Of a stretch of 64,000 nt of DNA, positions 1 through 11,160 are shown piece after piece. The first letter of the stretch is position 1; every line of letters begins with the position of its first letter. This stretch comes from Dimorphilus gyrociliatus (lineage: Eukaryota > Animalia > Annelida), in the NCBI GenBank assembly GCA_904063045.1, contig CAJFCJ010000020.1:1232916-1296915 (forward strand). The letters are read 5' to 3'. The position numbers and the translations under genes are program-made. The notes under the pieces are model-generated. The model saw nothing but the letters and a program-made list of their open reading frames with translations, ran no database searches and was not told where the DNA came from.

Positions 1-537
1 GAATTTTTTTTTAAAAGAAAAAATAATATATAGTATACTAAGTACCAAAATTTACCAACTAATAACTACTAATAGCCGTTAACACTCCTAAAAAAAAGGT
101 TAATTCACTAATTCGACTGATAGATTGAGGTATTCGCACTATTCTATCAGGGGTTATGAGGTCGTCACGTGTTCTCATTAATCCTATGCTATTGCTTCAA
201 AGGCGCAAAAATTTTCTTTCTACTACCTACTTAACACTGTTAGGAACCGTTCCCCTTTTGCAAAGGGACTATTTACACAATTGTTACAACCCGCTGCGAT
301 CCACTTTAGCCGTCTACGAGCGCACGTGTTCCTAACGGAGACCGTCTCTTTATTTAAATAATAAACAGACGACGGCTATTAATCAAAATCACGCCTCGCC
401 AATAATTGTGTAAAATTGTGTATTGAATTACTCTAGGGAACGTTTGCTGTTCACCGACCTTTGACTTGAAACCCGTATCATTAGAGAAGCAAGGCGTGAA
501 TGATTATGATTGATATTCATTATTAATCTTCTAACAG

Positions 538-2423
538 GAGCGTTTCACGATCTCTTCTACGTCGCCAACGGGACAAAGAAGGATTATTCTCTCCGCTTCC
601 AAGTTCCTATACAATATGAAACCAGAAGGCTTAACTTTTATTGGCAAAATACGGGCCGTCAAGTAAGTGTATTGAGTTTATCCCCAATTCATTTAATTTC
701 CGGCTCCCTTCTTTACGAAGTATCAGAGTTAATTTCATCGGCTTTTACAAGTTTAAAAATCCAAAGCAGCTGCATAATTGACACTTCACTGACTTGTGTC
801 GGACAGATCTTGTCCGAACAAAATTCTTTCCAGATATTTACCAACTTGTTGCTATGATATATGCGAATTTAACAAGTGTTCTTTTTTCTCTCTTTCAATT
901 TAGGATATTTTCTACGAGTTAGATACTAGAATTCCGAGAGGACCCAATCATGGATTGAATATACTTTACGATAAATCTCTGAGATCCGGAGTTGTTCCGC
1001 GCAAGCTTTCCGGTATGTCACGCTTCTCCCTTTATTCTTTTATTTGTAATATAAACAATACCATTTTGTTCCCAACAGCCTTCGCCATTGATCCATTGTG
1101 CACCGGAAAGGAACAGCGATCAATAATTTTCCATATTTCCGTCAATTTTACTCAACGAAATAAAACAACTCAATTGATTTTGAAACGTTCAAAGAATTGT
1201 AAATACGGTTTACCCCAGGAGCGAAGGTCAATTGATGCTTTTGATGTTCACAAAACTAAAAATAAAGGAAGAGAAAAACAAAAAATATGGTTCTATTCTG
1301 GAGCAGGGCTTTTCTGTGGTTTAGTTATAATAGTGGCAACAGTGATAGCTGTTTGCTTCGCTAGGTCGCGCAGGCCAAAGAAAAAGCAAACTTTTGCTGA
1401 TAGAGCAAGGTAAAGCTTATATGTAATCGCTTAAAGACTTACTAAATCAACTATTCTTACAGTGAGAACGGATCAAAATACTCGCAAGCACTATTGCAAA
1501 ATAATACATCAGACTCTTCTCATAGTCATGCGAGTACTGGCTATAGCTTGCAATTATCTCCAACCCAAGTCCGAGCCGCTCTTTCTGAATTGATGATCGA
1601 TAAATCTCGTCTGACATTAACACAAGTACTGATGGAAGGCACTTTCGGTCGTGTTTCCCACGGTCTTATAAGCGTTCATTGCGAAACGGATGAAATGGGC
1701 TTTATCATGGTAAAGAGCATGACAGAGGCTGCTGAATCGGATCAAGTTGAAACCTTCCTAAGGGATGCTTGCTTATTGAGGAACGTTTTGCATGAGAACA
1801 TTCAAAAATTGGCTGGGGTATCCTTAGATCCTCCGATGCTAGTCTACGCTCGCTCAACTCATACTCAAAATCTAAAGACCTATCTTCTCGATAGAAAAAC
1901 TATGGTTCTCAGCACACCAGAAGTTGTGTATATAGCTCTACAAATAGCCAGAGGGGCTATGCACCTACACAAAATGGGCATTATCCACAAAGATGTAGCG
2001 GCTCGCAATTCTACAATAGACGAACAGTTTAAAGTAAAGATAGCTGACCCCGCTCTTTCATCGGACCTTTTTCCAGACGATTACCAACGCGTAGGGGACA
2101 AAACTGATAAGCCAATCAGATGGCTTGCTATAGAATGCCTTAAAAAGAACTTTTTTTCTGGGGCCAGCGACGCTTGGGCAGTCGGAATAACGATCTGGGA
2201 GATCATTAATCTCGGCCAGCAGCCGTATCCCGGCATTAATCCATTCGATATCTGTGAATACTTAGAGGCCGGTTACAGATTATCGCAGCCAACATTGTGC
2301 CCAGACCATTTGTTTACAGTCATGGCACATTGTTGGTCGGCTGAACCTCGGGACCGACCTACACTTAGTCAAGTCGTTGTTTATTTAAGGGATTTTTATA
2401 CGACTCTCGGTTGTTTTGTGTAA
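538..2423 (+). CDS. RYK: RYK/Derailed-type receptor tyrosine (pseudo)kinase, multi-exon; 5' end (signal peptide exon) not resolved
   Basis: WIF-like ectodomain (DLFYVANG...LNFYWQN; AFAIDPLCTGKE), TM segment (IWFYSGAGLFCGLVIIVATVIAVCFA), kinase domain with MEGTFGRV, HKDVAARN and DPALSSDLFPDDY in place of DFG (RYK-like). Kinase exon ends TAA at 2423. Confidence 0.88.
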
Positions 2424-2930
2424 AAAAAAAAAAAAAGATAAAAAAGAGAAAATAAGAAAGAAAAACTATGAATATCAGATGAAATCAAATGAAAAAGACT
2501 GCGAACTATCAGTATTTATTTTATATATGTATTTATTCTATTTTTTTGTACTAATATCTGTTAAGAAAAATAAAGTCTAGCGTTTTGCTTTGGAAATTAA
2601 GCACGTTCGAAAATCCTTCGGTTTCATAATTATTTCAGTACAAATGAATAATTTTGGTTAGTAATCATCCGATTTATCGCTGCTTTTCTACATCATTAAT
2701 TTTCTTTTTGTTTAATAAACTCAATTACAAAATCCCTCATTTACAATTTAAATCTAAGTAACAAAAAAAAAAACGAACGTCTTTCTTCAAAACTTATAAA
2801 AAAAATAAGTAAATTATGATAAAATGTACAAGTTTTGGGAAAAAATATTTATATAACTATTTTTTAGGCTTACATAATAAATTTAAAAGATATTTTTAAT
2901 TTAATATTTAATTCAAGTTTTTTTATTTGT

Positions 2931-2960
2931 ACGCATGCGCGGGTAAAACGGAACTTCCGG
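2931..2960 (+). promoter_or_regulatory. NRF1-like (ACGCATGCGC) plus ETS-like (ACTTCCGG) motifs upstream of the USP gene
   Basis: Motifs read directly at 2931-2940 and 2953-2960, about 200 nt upstream of the ATG at 3161; typical housekeeping promoter elements. Confidence 0.45.
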
Positions 2961-3160
2961 TGAGAGCAGAAAAAATGGTTGTGTAAAAGAAATGATGAGG
3001 AACAATGCTATTCCTGTATTTTACCAATATTTCCTTTTAATAAATTGAGTTTAACGTTCTGTAAAATTAGAATATTCATTGTATATCCTCAGTATTTATC
3101 GCTTAGTGAATTTCTCTTCGCCTATGGTTAGTTCAGGGCTCAATCGTACTAAGAAAAAAT

Positions 3161-6100
3161 ATGGTTGACCAATGTCAAAATCAAGACTCTGATCAAAACT
3201 TCTCCGCAAATGAGACTTGCGAGAATGCAGATCAGCCATCATTTACCACAATGACAGTTCCTGGTGAGATTTTTCTTTTACAAACAAAGGATTAGGTATA
3301 GCACAGTCTCTTTCAGCTGCACCGCGGTCGAGTCCAACAAATTTTGAGCCGATTCTCAGTGATCTGAATCATTCAGATCCAAATCTTCTTCCTACAGGTA
3401 ATCTTTTAATAGTTAATTATTAATTATGAATAATGTTAAAGGCAATCCTTCTATTTCCTATATTTTGTCTAAAAGGAACAAGAGGCCTACGTAATTTAGG
3501 AAATACGTGTTTCATGAATTCTGGCTTACAATGTCTTTTTAATAATTCGAATCTTACAAAGTTTTTTTTGGAAAATTATAAATATGATATTTGTTCACCT
3601 GAGACATTGTGTGGCCAATTTGCGCATCTTGTAAAGAAAGTATGGACCGGATCAGGGAGCCTTTCTCCTTCAGAATTTAAAAAAGTCTTGGGTCTTTCAT
3701 ACGCTCAATTTTTAGACTATAGACAGGTACTATTTATTTCTATAATTATGCATTTGTTTGGTGTAAATTTGAAGAAATTTTAATTAATATTTTTATTATC
3801 TTTTCTTATAGCATGATTGTCAAGAATTTTTGGCAATTTTATTAGATGCTCTTCATCAGCAACTCTTAGAATTGCTCTGTAACTCTAGAACAAATGAAAT
3901 AAATTTAATAAAAACCAGTGTGCCAATAAGGTCTTGTTCCAGTAGAAAGTGCAGTAATGACGATAATGAGGACCTCGATTACAGTTCGCCCGCTTTTAAA
4001 AAGAGAAGAGAAACTTCACCAGATATTTACTCAATGGCCTCTTCAACAAGAAATAGCCCTTTTGTATCTGGAACTTCGGAGTGTAGTGATGCGCCCGATA
4101 TTTCTCCCAAAGCTCAAGATGAATCTAATATACTTGATCTCCAAATGTTAATCGAAGGGGAAACCATGGATGAAAGCGATTGTATAAAACCCGAAATTGA
4201 TTTAGATGATCTCTGTAAGAAAGATACAAAAACCTCAAATACGAACGTCGATGGTATTTTAAACATTGATAAACCTAAATCTGACAGCGAAAAGTTTGCC
4301 ACAGCTGATACTTATTTAACAGACGATCAAACTATTACAAAGCTGGATAATGCTAACATAACAAAGGAGGAATTGACCACTCGAAATACTAATTTAACAT
4401 CTTGTGTTTATGAAAAATTCTCTCATCTACCATCAAAACAATTGTTACCTGATTCTGTTTTGGACAAAACGGACAACTATGATACTTGCAAGATAGAAGA
4501 AGAAAGAAATAATACAAAGAGTCTAAGATCATCAGATAGTGACAAAAATGCTAGAATGCAAGCAAAGATGAAAGTGAATACCGATAAAAATATAACTAAA
4601 GTAAACGGATATTCAGCTCCTACGTCAACTGCTATTGATATCAGTCAAATAACTTCAACTCAAACAACACCTGATAGTGCAATTGGAATAGAGGAAAAAG
4701 AATACCAACCATCCCAAAGCGATGATGAAGAAATTTACATACCAACAAAATCAGAAATTCAACAAGCAGAGAATGACTGGAACAAGTATTTACTTAGAAA
4801 TAAAAGCGTTGTTGTCGATACGTTTCAGGGCCAATTTCAGAGTAGGGTAAGATTTACAAATTAAATAACATTATTATACTTATCTTTCTCTAACTGATAT
4901 TAATATTTTAGGTAAAATGCAAAAATTGCGGCCATTTGTCTGTGATGTATGAGCCTTTAATGTACTTGTCTGTACCTTTACCTCATGCAATGGATAAACA
5001 AGTTGGTTAGTAGATTGTTTATGTCTTTTTTAGATCTGTCACTTAATTGTAATAAAAATTATTTTCAGAATTTGTCTTCGTTCCTCTCACTGATAAAGGT
5101 TCACCGATAAGACTCCTCCTAAATCTTCATATTCAAGATAATGTCAAGAAGCTAAAAACAGCTTTAGAAGCTCTATTGAATTTACAAGAGAATATCAAAG
5201 TAATCGTTTGTGAGGTATTCGATTTTAAGATATCTCGCGTATTGGATGATTACGTATTATTGCGAAATCTTAACGATATGTATCGTTACATATATGTGTT
5301 CGAAGTTTCAGTAGATAATGGAAATGAAAATTTTGGAAATACTTCATTCTCTTCGCCTATGGCGGATGATTCCGTTTCTGCCACAGTGTCTCCAATGAGT
5401 GCAGATGGTGAAGAATCTCAGAAAGAGTCTTTCAACTTTCCGTCACAGAGTAACACTCTTGGTGATCAAGACAGAGATAGCAATTTAACAAACTGTTTTT
5501 CTTCAGTGGATAATGAATTTGACTTTTTACCACGAGAAGGACGTAACTCACCAGTCGTTGATACTTCAATTGATAAAACGACTTTAGACGTAATAGAGCC
5601 AAGAGAAAATAGTACTGTCTTCTGGCCTGAGAACTTTGATAGAATGGGAGGTGGAGGCGATTGGTTGTCGACTGGTGATACTAAAGGTAACACATCTCGT
5701 TTCCCCATGTCTATCGATGTAAGGCAGTGCACAATATGTTTGGAGGACAAGGAGAGTGACGTGCTCAGTGCACATAGAAAATGTCGCGGAATAGTGTGTA
5801 GAGAATGTTATCAAGTTAGTCGAAAATTAACCAATATAACTTTGCTAATACTAATTGCTACGTTCTTCTAGAATCTTGAAAGACAGTTCCACAAGTGTCC
5901 AGTTTGTCAAGTTGATCTCTCAGTAGCAAAGGACGATTTTGTTCCTGTCGCCGAATTATCGTCTAATCCTTCTGATATTCAAGTTCTTCAAGTTCATGTA
6001 GCAGTTAGAACTGATCATACAGAACCTTTTACAAAAGAGTATCGGACTGCATTATGTGCCTATCCTAATTTGCTTTCTGTTCCCGCTCTGACTACTGGCC

Positions 6101-7134
6101 AAAGAATACATGATCTGATAAGGACTATTTATAAATTCTCTGATTCTTTAAGTTATGATATTCTTATTACGAATAGAGAGGTACTTTTAAATAATATAAT
6201 TAATTACTTATTTTCTTAATTAAAAAAAAAATTCATTTTTAGCATCAAAGTTGTTCTCGTTGTGAAGCCTCTTGCTTTGGTTGCTGTATAGACAACAGTA
6301 GTCAAGACATTTCATTGTCGTCAAGAGATACTCTCACTGTTAGGTTCACTGATGAATTACCATCTTTCAATATCGTGGAACACGAGTCTTTAAGTAAAAG
6401 ACGAAAGACGGAAGAATTAACTATCCATTCATGCCTAAGAGCCTTCAGTAATACAGAGATATTAGATGAAAACAATCCCTGGTTTTGTCCAAATTGTGAT
6501 AAAAATCAATGTGCTGATAAGAAGATATCTGTCTGGCGATTTCCTGATACTTTAATATTACATTTAAAGAGGTTTGACCCTTGCACAGAATAAAAAATAA
6601 CAGTCTAAAGTTTTTTTTTTAGATTTGTGTTTCATGATTTGAGTAGTACGAAATTGGAAAATAAAGTTATTTTTCCTAAAGATGACTTGGATCTCACTGA
6701 CTATCAATGTGGCCCTGTTGATAAACCAATGCAATATGATCTAGTCGGATGTGTGTGTCATACAGGAGGTGGGTATAATTCATAGATGTATCTTAAGTAT
6801 TTAGTTAAAATTGTTATAAGGTGTCAACGCTGGTCATTATACTGCCTTTGCTAAGCACCCTATAACGAACTCTTGGTTTGAGTACAATGATGAAAGAGTG
6901 AATTATAAGGAACCTCAAGATGACGATTATTATAATGCCTATTTGCTATTTTATCAACGTCAAGGAAGCAGCCAAGACTTCACTGCTCCGATGCACAATG
7001 CTCTTCATATATCAAACTCATTTGAACTGTTGCAACAAGAACAAGACTCTGTCCCAACTAATTCTCCTCTAACTCCAAGCTATCAAGAGAGAAGAAAAGA
7101 GCCGGAGGAGGATGACGAAAAGACAAAATATTGA
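3161..7134 (+). CDS. Ubiquitin carboxyl-terminal hydrolase (USP family, C19), multi-exon, with a long insertion containing a RING-like finger
   Basis: Cys box GLRNLGNTCFMNSGLQCL; TFQGQFQSRVKCKKC; WFCPNC; ISVWRFPDTLILHLKRF; His box HTGGVNAGHYTAFAK...EYNDE reconstructed across a GT-AG intron; stop TGA at 7134. Orthology not assignable by eye. Confidence 0.9.
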
Positions 7135-7269
7135 ATATTGTATCAGTTTCTGGCGGATTTAATACAGATTGTTTATTGATATAACAAAATGACACCATTT
7201 TTTTATCAATAAACAGTTATAAGTATAGAATTTGTCCGCTAATTTCTTCCATTTCCAGTTCTTGAAGAA

Positions 7270-8115
7270 TTACTGTAAAAAAAAGTAACTTTGTACTCTT
7301 AAATATCAGATCGCTAAATTTTAAATTTGCGATAGGCGATTTAGATTTAATTTTGCATCATTAGCGATTCATTAGAAAGAAGTTATTTCTAACGAACTAT
7401 TATAGATGCTACTTACTTGTTTCTCTTCATATAGGCCGGCTTTAAAGTAGTAACACATTGGTGTATCAGAGCCATCAATCTCTTCATGTATAACCAGAAC
7501 AACGAGGGAGTCAGGATTAAATGATTCTCCTAAAATTGTATTTGCATATTACTATATAATATTTAAGGGAATAATTTGATATTTACCTTGAAAGAATCGA
7601 AGATCATTAAAATGTTCGATAACTTTCTTCATAAAGTCTTGACAGTCTTTTTTAAAAGCATCAACCTTTTCAGGATTCTTCTCCTTTACTTTCTCAAGTG
7701 CTGCCTTGGCGTAATCCTTAAAATATCTCTTGAAGGTCTTTTTGTCTTCAAAAGATGTCTCCTGGAGTCTTGTTGCCAAAATACAGTTGATGCCTGTTGT
7801 TGTTGCTACCTCACATTCTTCTTCGTTGGCCTCAATACCTGCTACTGCGTTAGCGTCACTTTCGGTTGTATACTAAAAAGTTCCAGTTGTTTTAATAAAG
7901 TATATTTAATAGAAACAGCACTTACCTTTCCAACAATTTTGTATACTAGACCATCCCAATCTTCAGTAACCTTGTAGGAATCAGTCATAATTTCGTCACC
8001 TAAAAATTTTAAAACAATACCATTAAAATTTCTTTTAACAACAACTTTGGAAAATTTCAACAGATAAAATCATGAAATATACCATACCAGTGACATAATC
8101 GTGGTATACAAGCAT
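7270..8115 (-). CDS. TPT1: Translationally controlled tumour protein; the last exon begins directly with the TAA stop codon
   Basis: MLVYHDYVT|GDEIMTDSY start; FKRYFKDYAK...LRFFQ|GESFNPDSLVV...YFKAGLYEEKQ; donor GTAAGT at 7416, acceptor ...TTTACAG|TAA at 7272. Confidence 0.93.
7289..7410 (-). ncRNA. Candidate box H/ACA snoRNA in the last TCTP intron
   Basis: Minus strand reads hairpin 1 (GCATC/GATGC lower stem, 11-bp upper stem TTCGTTAGAAA/TTTCTAATGAA, internal pocket), H box AAATTA 14 nt after the pocket top, hairpin 2 (TCTAAAT/ATTTAAGA, ATCGC-AAATT/AATTT-A-GCGAT), then ACA 15 nt after the pocket top followed by AAG. The intron is 144 nt against the usual ~55 nt. Confidence 0.7.
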
Positions 8116-8567
8116 TTTCGGAAGATATTTTCAGATTTCCTAGATTTGCTGATCAGCAACTACCTCGTTTCACAAGCCAAGCGGTAAGGAACGAATGTAT
8201 ATCCGGTTGGTAAAATATCCGCGGTCCTGTTATTTTTGGCGGGAAATTTCAAACTTTTTATTGTTTGAACAAATTTGTCCTGATTTAGCTGATTATTTTT
8301 TTTATTTGAAAGACTATATGTAGAATTCATTTTAAAAATGATTATGAGCTAAGAAAATAAAAAAAACCCTTTTTTAGCCAAAAACTCCTGAATTCTTTTC
8401 TCCAGGCAAAAGCTCTTGCGCTATGTGGCGCAATTGTACAAACAATGATGACTATTAATAAGTTAAATAACTGTTCCTCAGACATGAAAACTTTAATATA
8501 TAATTTAGTTTGTATTTAGAAACAGCTCTTGACGGTCTTAATAAGCGGAACGAACTTCAGAATAATC

Positions 8568-8570
<3 letters not shown>

Positions 8571-8603
<33 letters not shown>
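8571..8603. repeat. (AT)n microsatellite
   Basis: About 16 uninterrupted AT units. Confidence 0.95.
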
Positions 8604-8604
<1 letters not shown>

Positions 8605-8725
8605 CTGAATTCTATTTTCACTAGTACGTCTTTTTGCTCAGCGAGAGCATTAAAATCACAAATATTAAAGTTTACTACGTAAACAATCGCATAACAAGTC
8701 ACCAGAGTTAATTATCTCGAAATTT

Positions 8726-10046
8726 TTAGAAATAATTCAGAGTTGTTAATAATATAATTAAAAACATGGCAGTATAATTTTGGCAGACAGCACTAACGTT
8801 ATTGTAGAGCTGATATAAATCAGTGCAGTTGGATTTAAAGTCGATATTCTTTACACTATTGACCATTCGTGAGATTTCCCATGCGAACTTTAGCTTTGGA
8901 TTTGAAGGCATTTCAGGTTCAATTTCGTTGAAATAACGTAAAGTCAATTTTAGCAGACTGCCACCTTCCAGCTCATGCCCTCTACAGAATTTCAATGTAT
9001 CCAATCTCTTGCTATAACCTTTCCTAGCTCTCACTTGATATACGTTTAGCAACCATAATGCGTGACAATCACATGAGGCTTGTATAATAAGTTTCCCAGG
9101 TGTATCAGTTAAATAGCTCTCAATTTCAGATAATTGATTTATCGTAGCATTCTTAAATATTAAAGATGATAGTTCTAGTTGTTCCGAAACTATGAAAGGT
9201 AATTTTCCAGTCAACTGATCATATCCAGTGAAGTAGAATATAGCAATTTTAACAACTTCAATTTTCGGTTTCACTTTACATTTTTGTCCGTTAAATAACT
9301 GATCCACTGAATAATTTACGCCTGTATCATCATCCGATGTGATCACTTCTAAATAGCACACAGTTTTAAAATTTGCATTGCAAAGCGCAGAAGTTGAACG
9401 ATATATTTTGAAGTAAGGAACTGATAAAATATTCATTTCTAAATTAACAGTACTCAATGTATCACTCTTACAGTCATTTATAGCAATTGGGGGAGAATTT
9501 CTACAATACATTGCATTCGTGACCTTTGACGGTTTAATTAAATTCTTTACTAAAAGATGATCAGGTTGTTCGGAGCTGAAAAAAATTAAGCCTATTTGTT
9601 ATTTGTACATATTATTTATATGATGAAAAAAGTAGTATTTTCAAAGCATTTTAATAAAGAGAAACAGGAAATTGATAAAACCTCTTATTCAAAGTGTATA
9701 TTTCACTTTCTACACATCTTATATCCAATCCAAGTAAAGTTCTATTATTTTGATTGAATTCGCATTTTTTCACTTTTTGAAAATCCTTTTCCTCCGCACC
9801 ATAGCCATCTCTTATTCTCTCTATTTCACCCTTGTTTACAACATCAGGGCCAAGCATCTCTAGTTGTTTTTCAAATGTTAAGTACGGCCATAAACACTCT
9901 ATAAATAACATTTGAGGATTCTTCAATACTTTTATCGAGTCAGTTGATTGTAAATTACAGAAGCAGCCAGCACCGGGTTTGTAAATGGTAGCTTCAGATA
10001 TGAAGAATATCTTGAAAAGGAAAAAATAAACTATCCATACATCCAT
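8726..10046 (-). CDS. Orphan secreted or GPI-anchored-type protein, probably two exons
   Basis: Signal-peptide-like start MDVWIVYFFLFKIFFISEA; ORFs 9651-10046 and 8726-9511 can be joined by an intron of about 9681-9576; C-terminal hydrophobic tail MFLIILLTTLNYF; no recognisable domain. Confidence 0.6.
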
Positions 10047-10356
10047 ATTACTGGTGTACTCTTCAAGCCTAAACCAAAAAATGAAAAAGTCTGTTATAGG
10101 CGCAACTTTGTTAAATATCCAAATATATATATTTCTAGTCTATAATACTGGCCTAAAAACTATCCCATTGTTCCCATCTAGCATTTATTGCAAAAGTACT
10201 CTAAAGGTATAAAGCGCCATCTACGATAACAGAATTTTATTACTGTTTTTATCAATTTTTGTAACTATTCAGAATAACTTATTCGATTAAAATCGATGTT
10301 AACATATAAACTATATTATTTTCTTTGTTTAATGAATATTGGATATTGTAGGCTTA

Positions 10357-10361
<5 letters not shown>

Positions 10362-10394
<33 letters not shown>
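10362..10394. repeat. (AT)n microsatellite
   Basis: Uninterrupted AT run. Confidence 0.95.
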
Positions 10395-10397
<3 letters not shown>

Positions 10398-11160
10398 TTT
10401 TTTTAAATTAAAATATCTATTGTCTATTTAATATTGATTTAATTAAATCTTAATTGGTAAAAAAAATATCAGTATTTGAGGATAATTTATTGAGATCCTT
10501 TTGTTTTTATATGTTAAACTTTCAGCGTATTTGAAGTATCTATTTCTACATATTTTATTAGGTGTTAACTTTAAATACGAATTAAATGCTTTATATATAA
10601 ATATTTTCAATATTTTCAACAATTATACAATTGTGTAAGCAAATGGATTTGTCAACTTATAATTACCTTTAGAGGAGTTTGCTTATCTTCAGTTCAATAT
10701 TCCTGTATCAAATTTTGAAGGCCATTAATTAATCAATAGTTGTCTTTGTTTGGATTGTAAATAATAAGTAAAAATTAACTTTATTAATGATTATATGGAA
10801 CGTTAATTGTTTTTTTTTTTCTAAAAAAAATTTTAAGCATCAATATAAGCTATTTAAAGTACGCGAATTCTAGAAAGGAGTTGATGAAAATTAATATCTT
10901 CATTTCGTGCTGTTTTCTATAATAAAAACTTCTTGGTAGTTTTCATTGTTTAACAATCATGCCTTAGAATCCTAAAAATAACATAAAAATTGTGCAATTT
11001 TTGCGAAAAACTCTGAAGCATGTCATTGTATTACTAAATTAATTGTGTAATATTGAGTGTAAACTGGTAATTCGAAAATTTCAGCGTGTTAGCACACACG
11101 TTTAATAGTCTTTATTAAATCATAGATCCTGTCGCACTTTGGTACGATAATTGATCCATC

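Noticed and set aside
2421-2445. Poly(A) run right after the RYK stop as a retrocopy signature
   Set aside because: RYK has upstream introns, and A-runs of this length are common throughout the window.
7305-7362. C/D-box snoRNA reading (ATGATG...CTGA) in the TCTP intron
   Set aside because: Only 56 nt, with no terminal stem or C'/D' boxes; the H/ACA fold explains the whole intron better.
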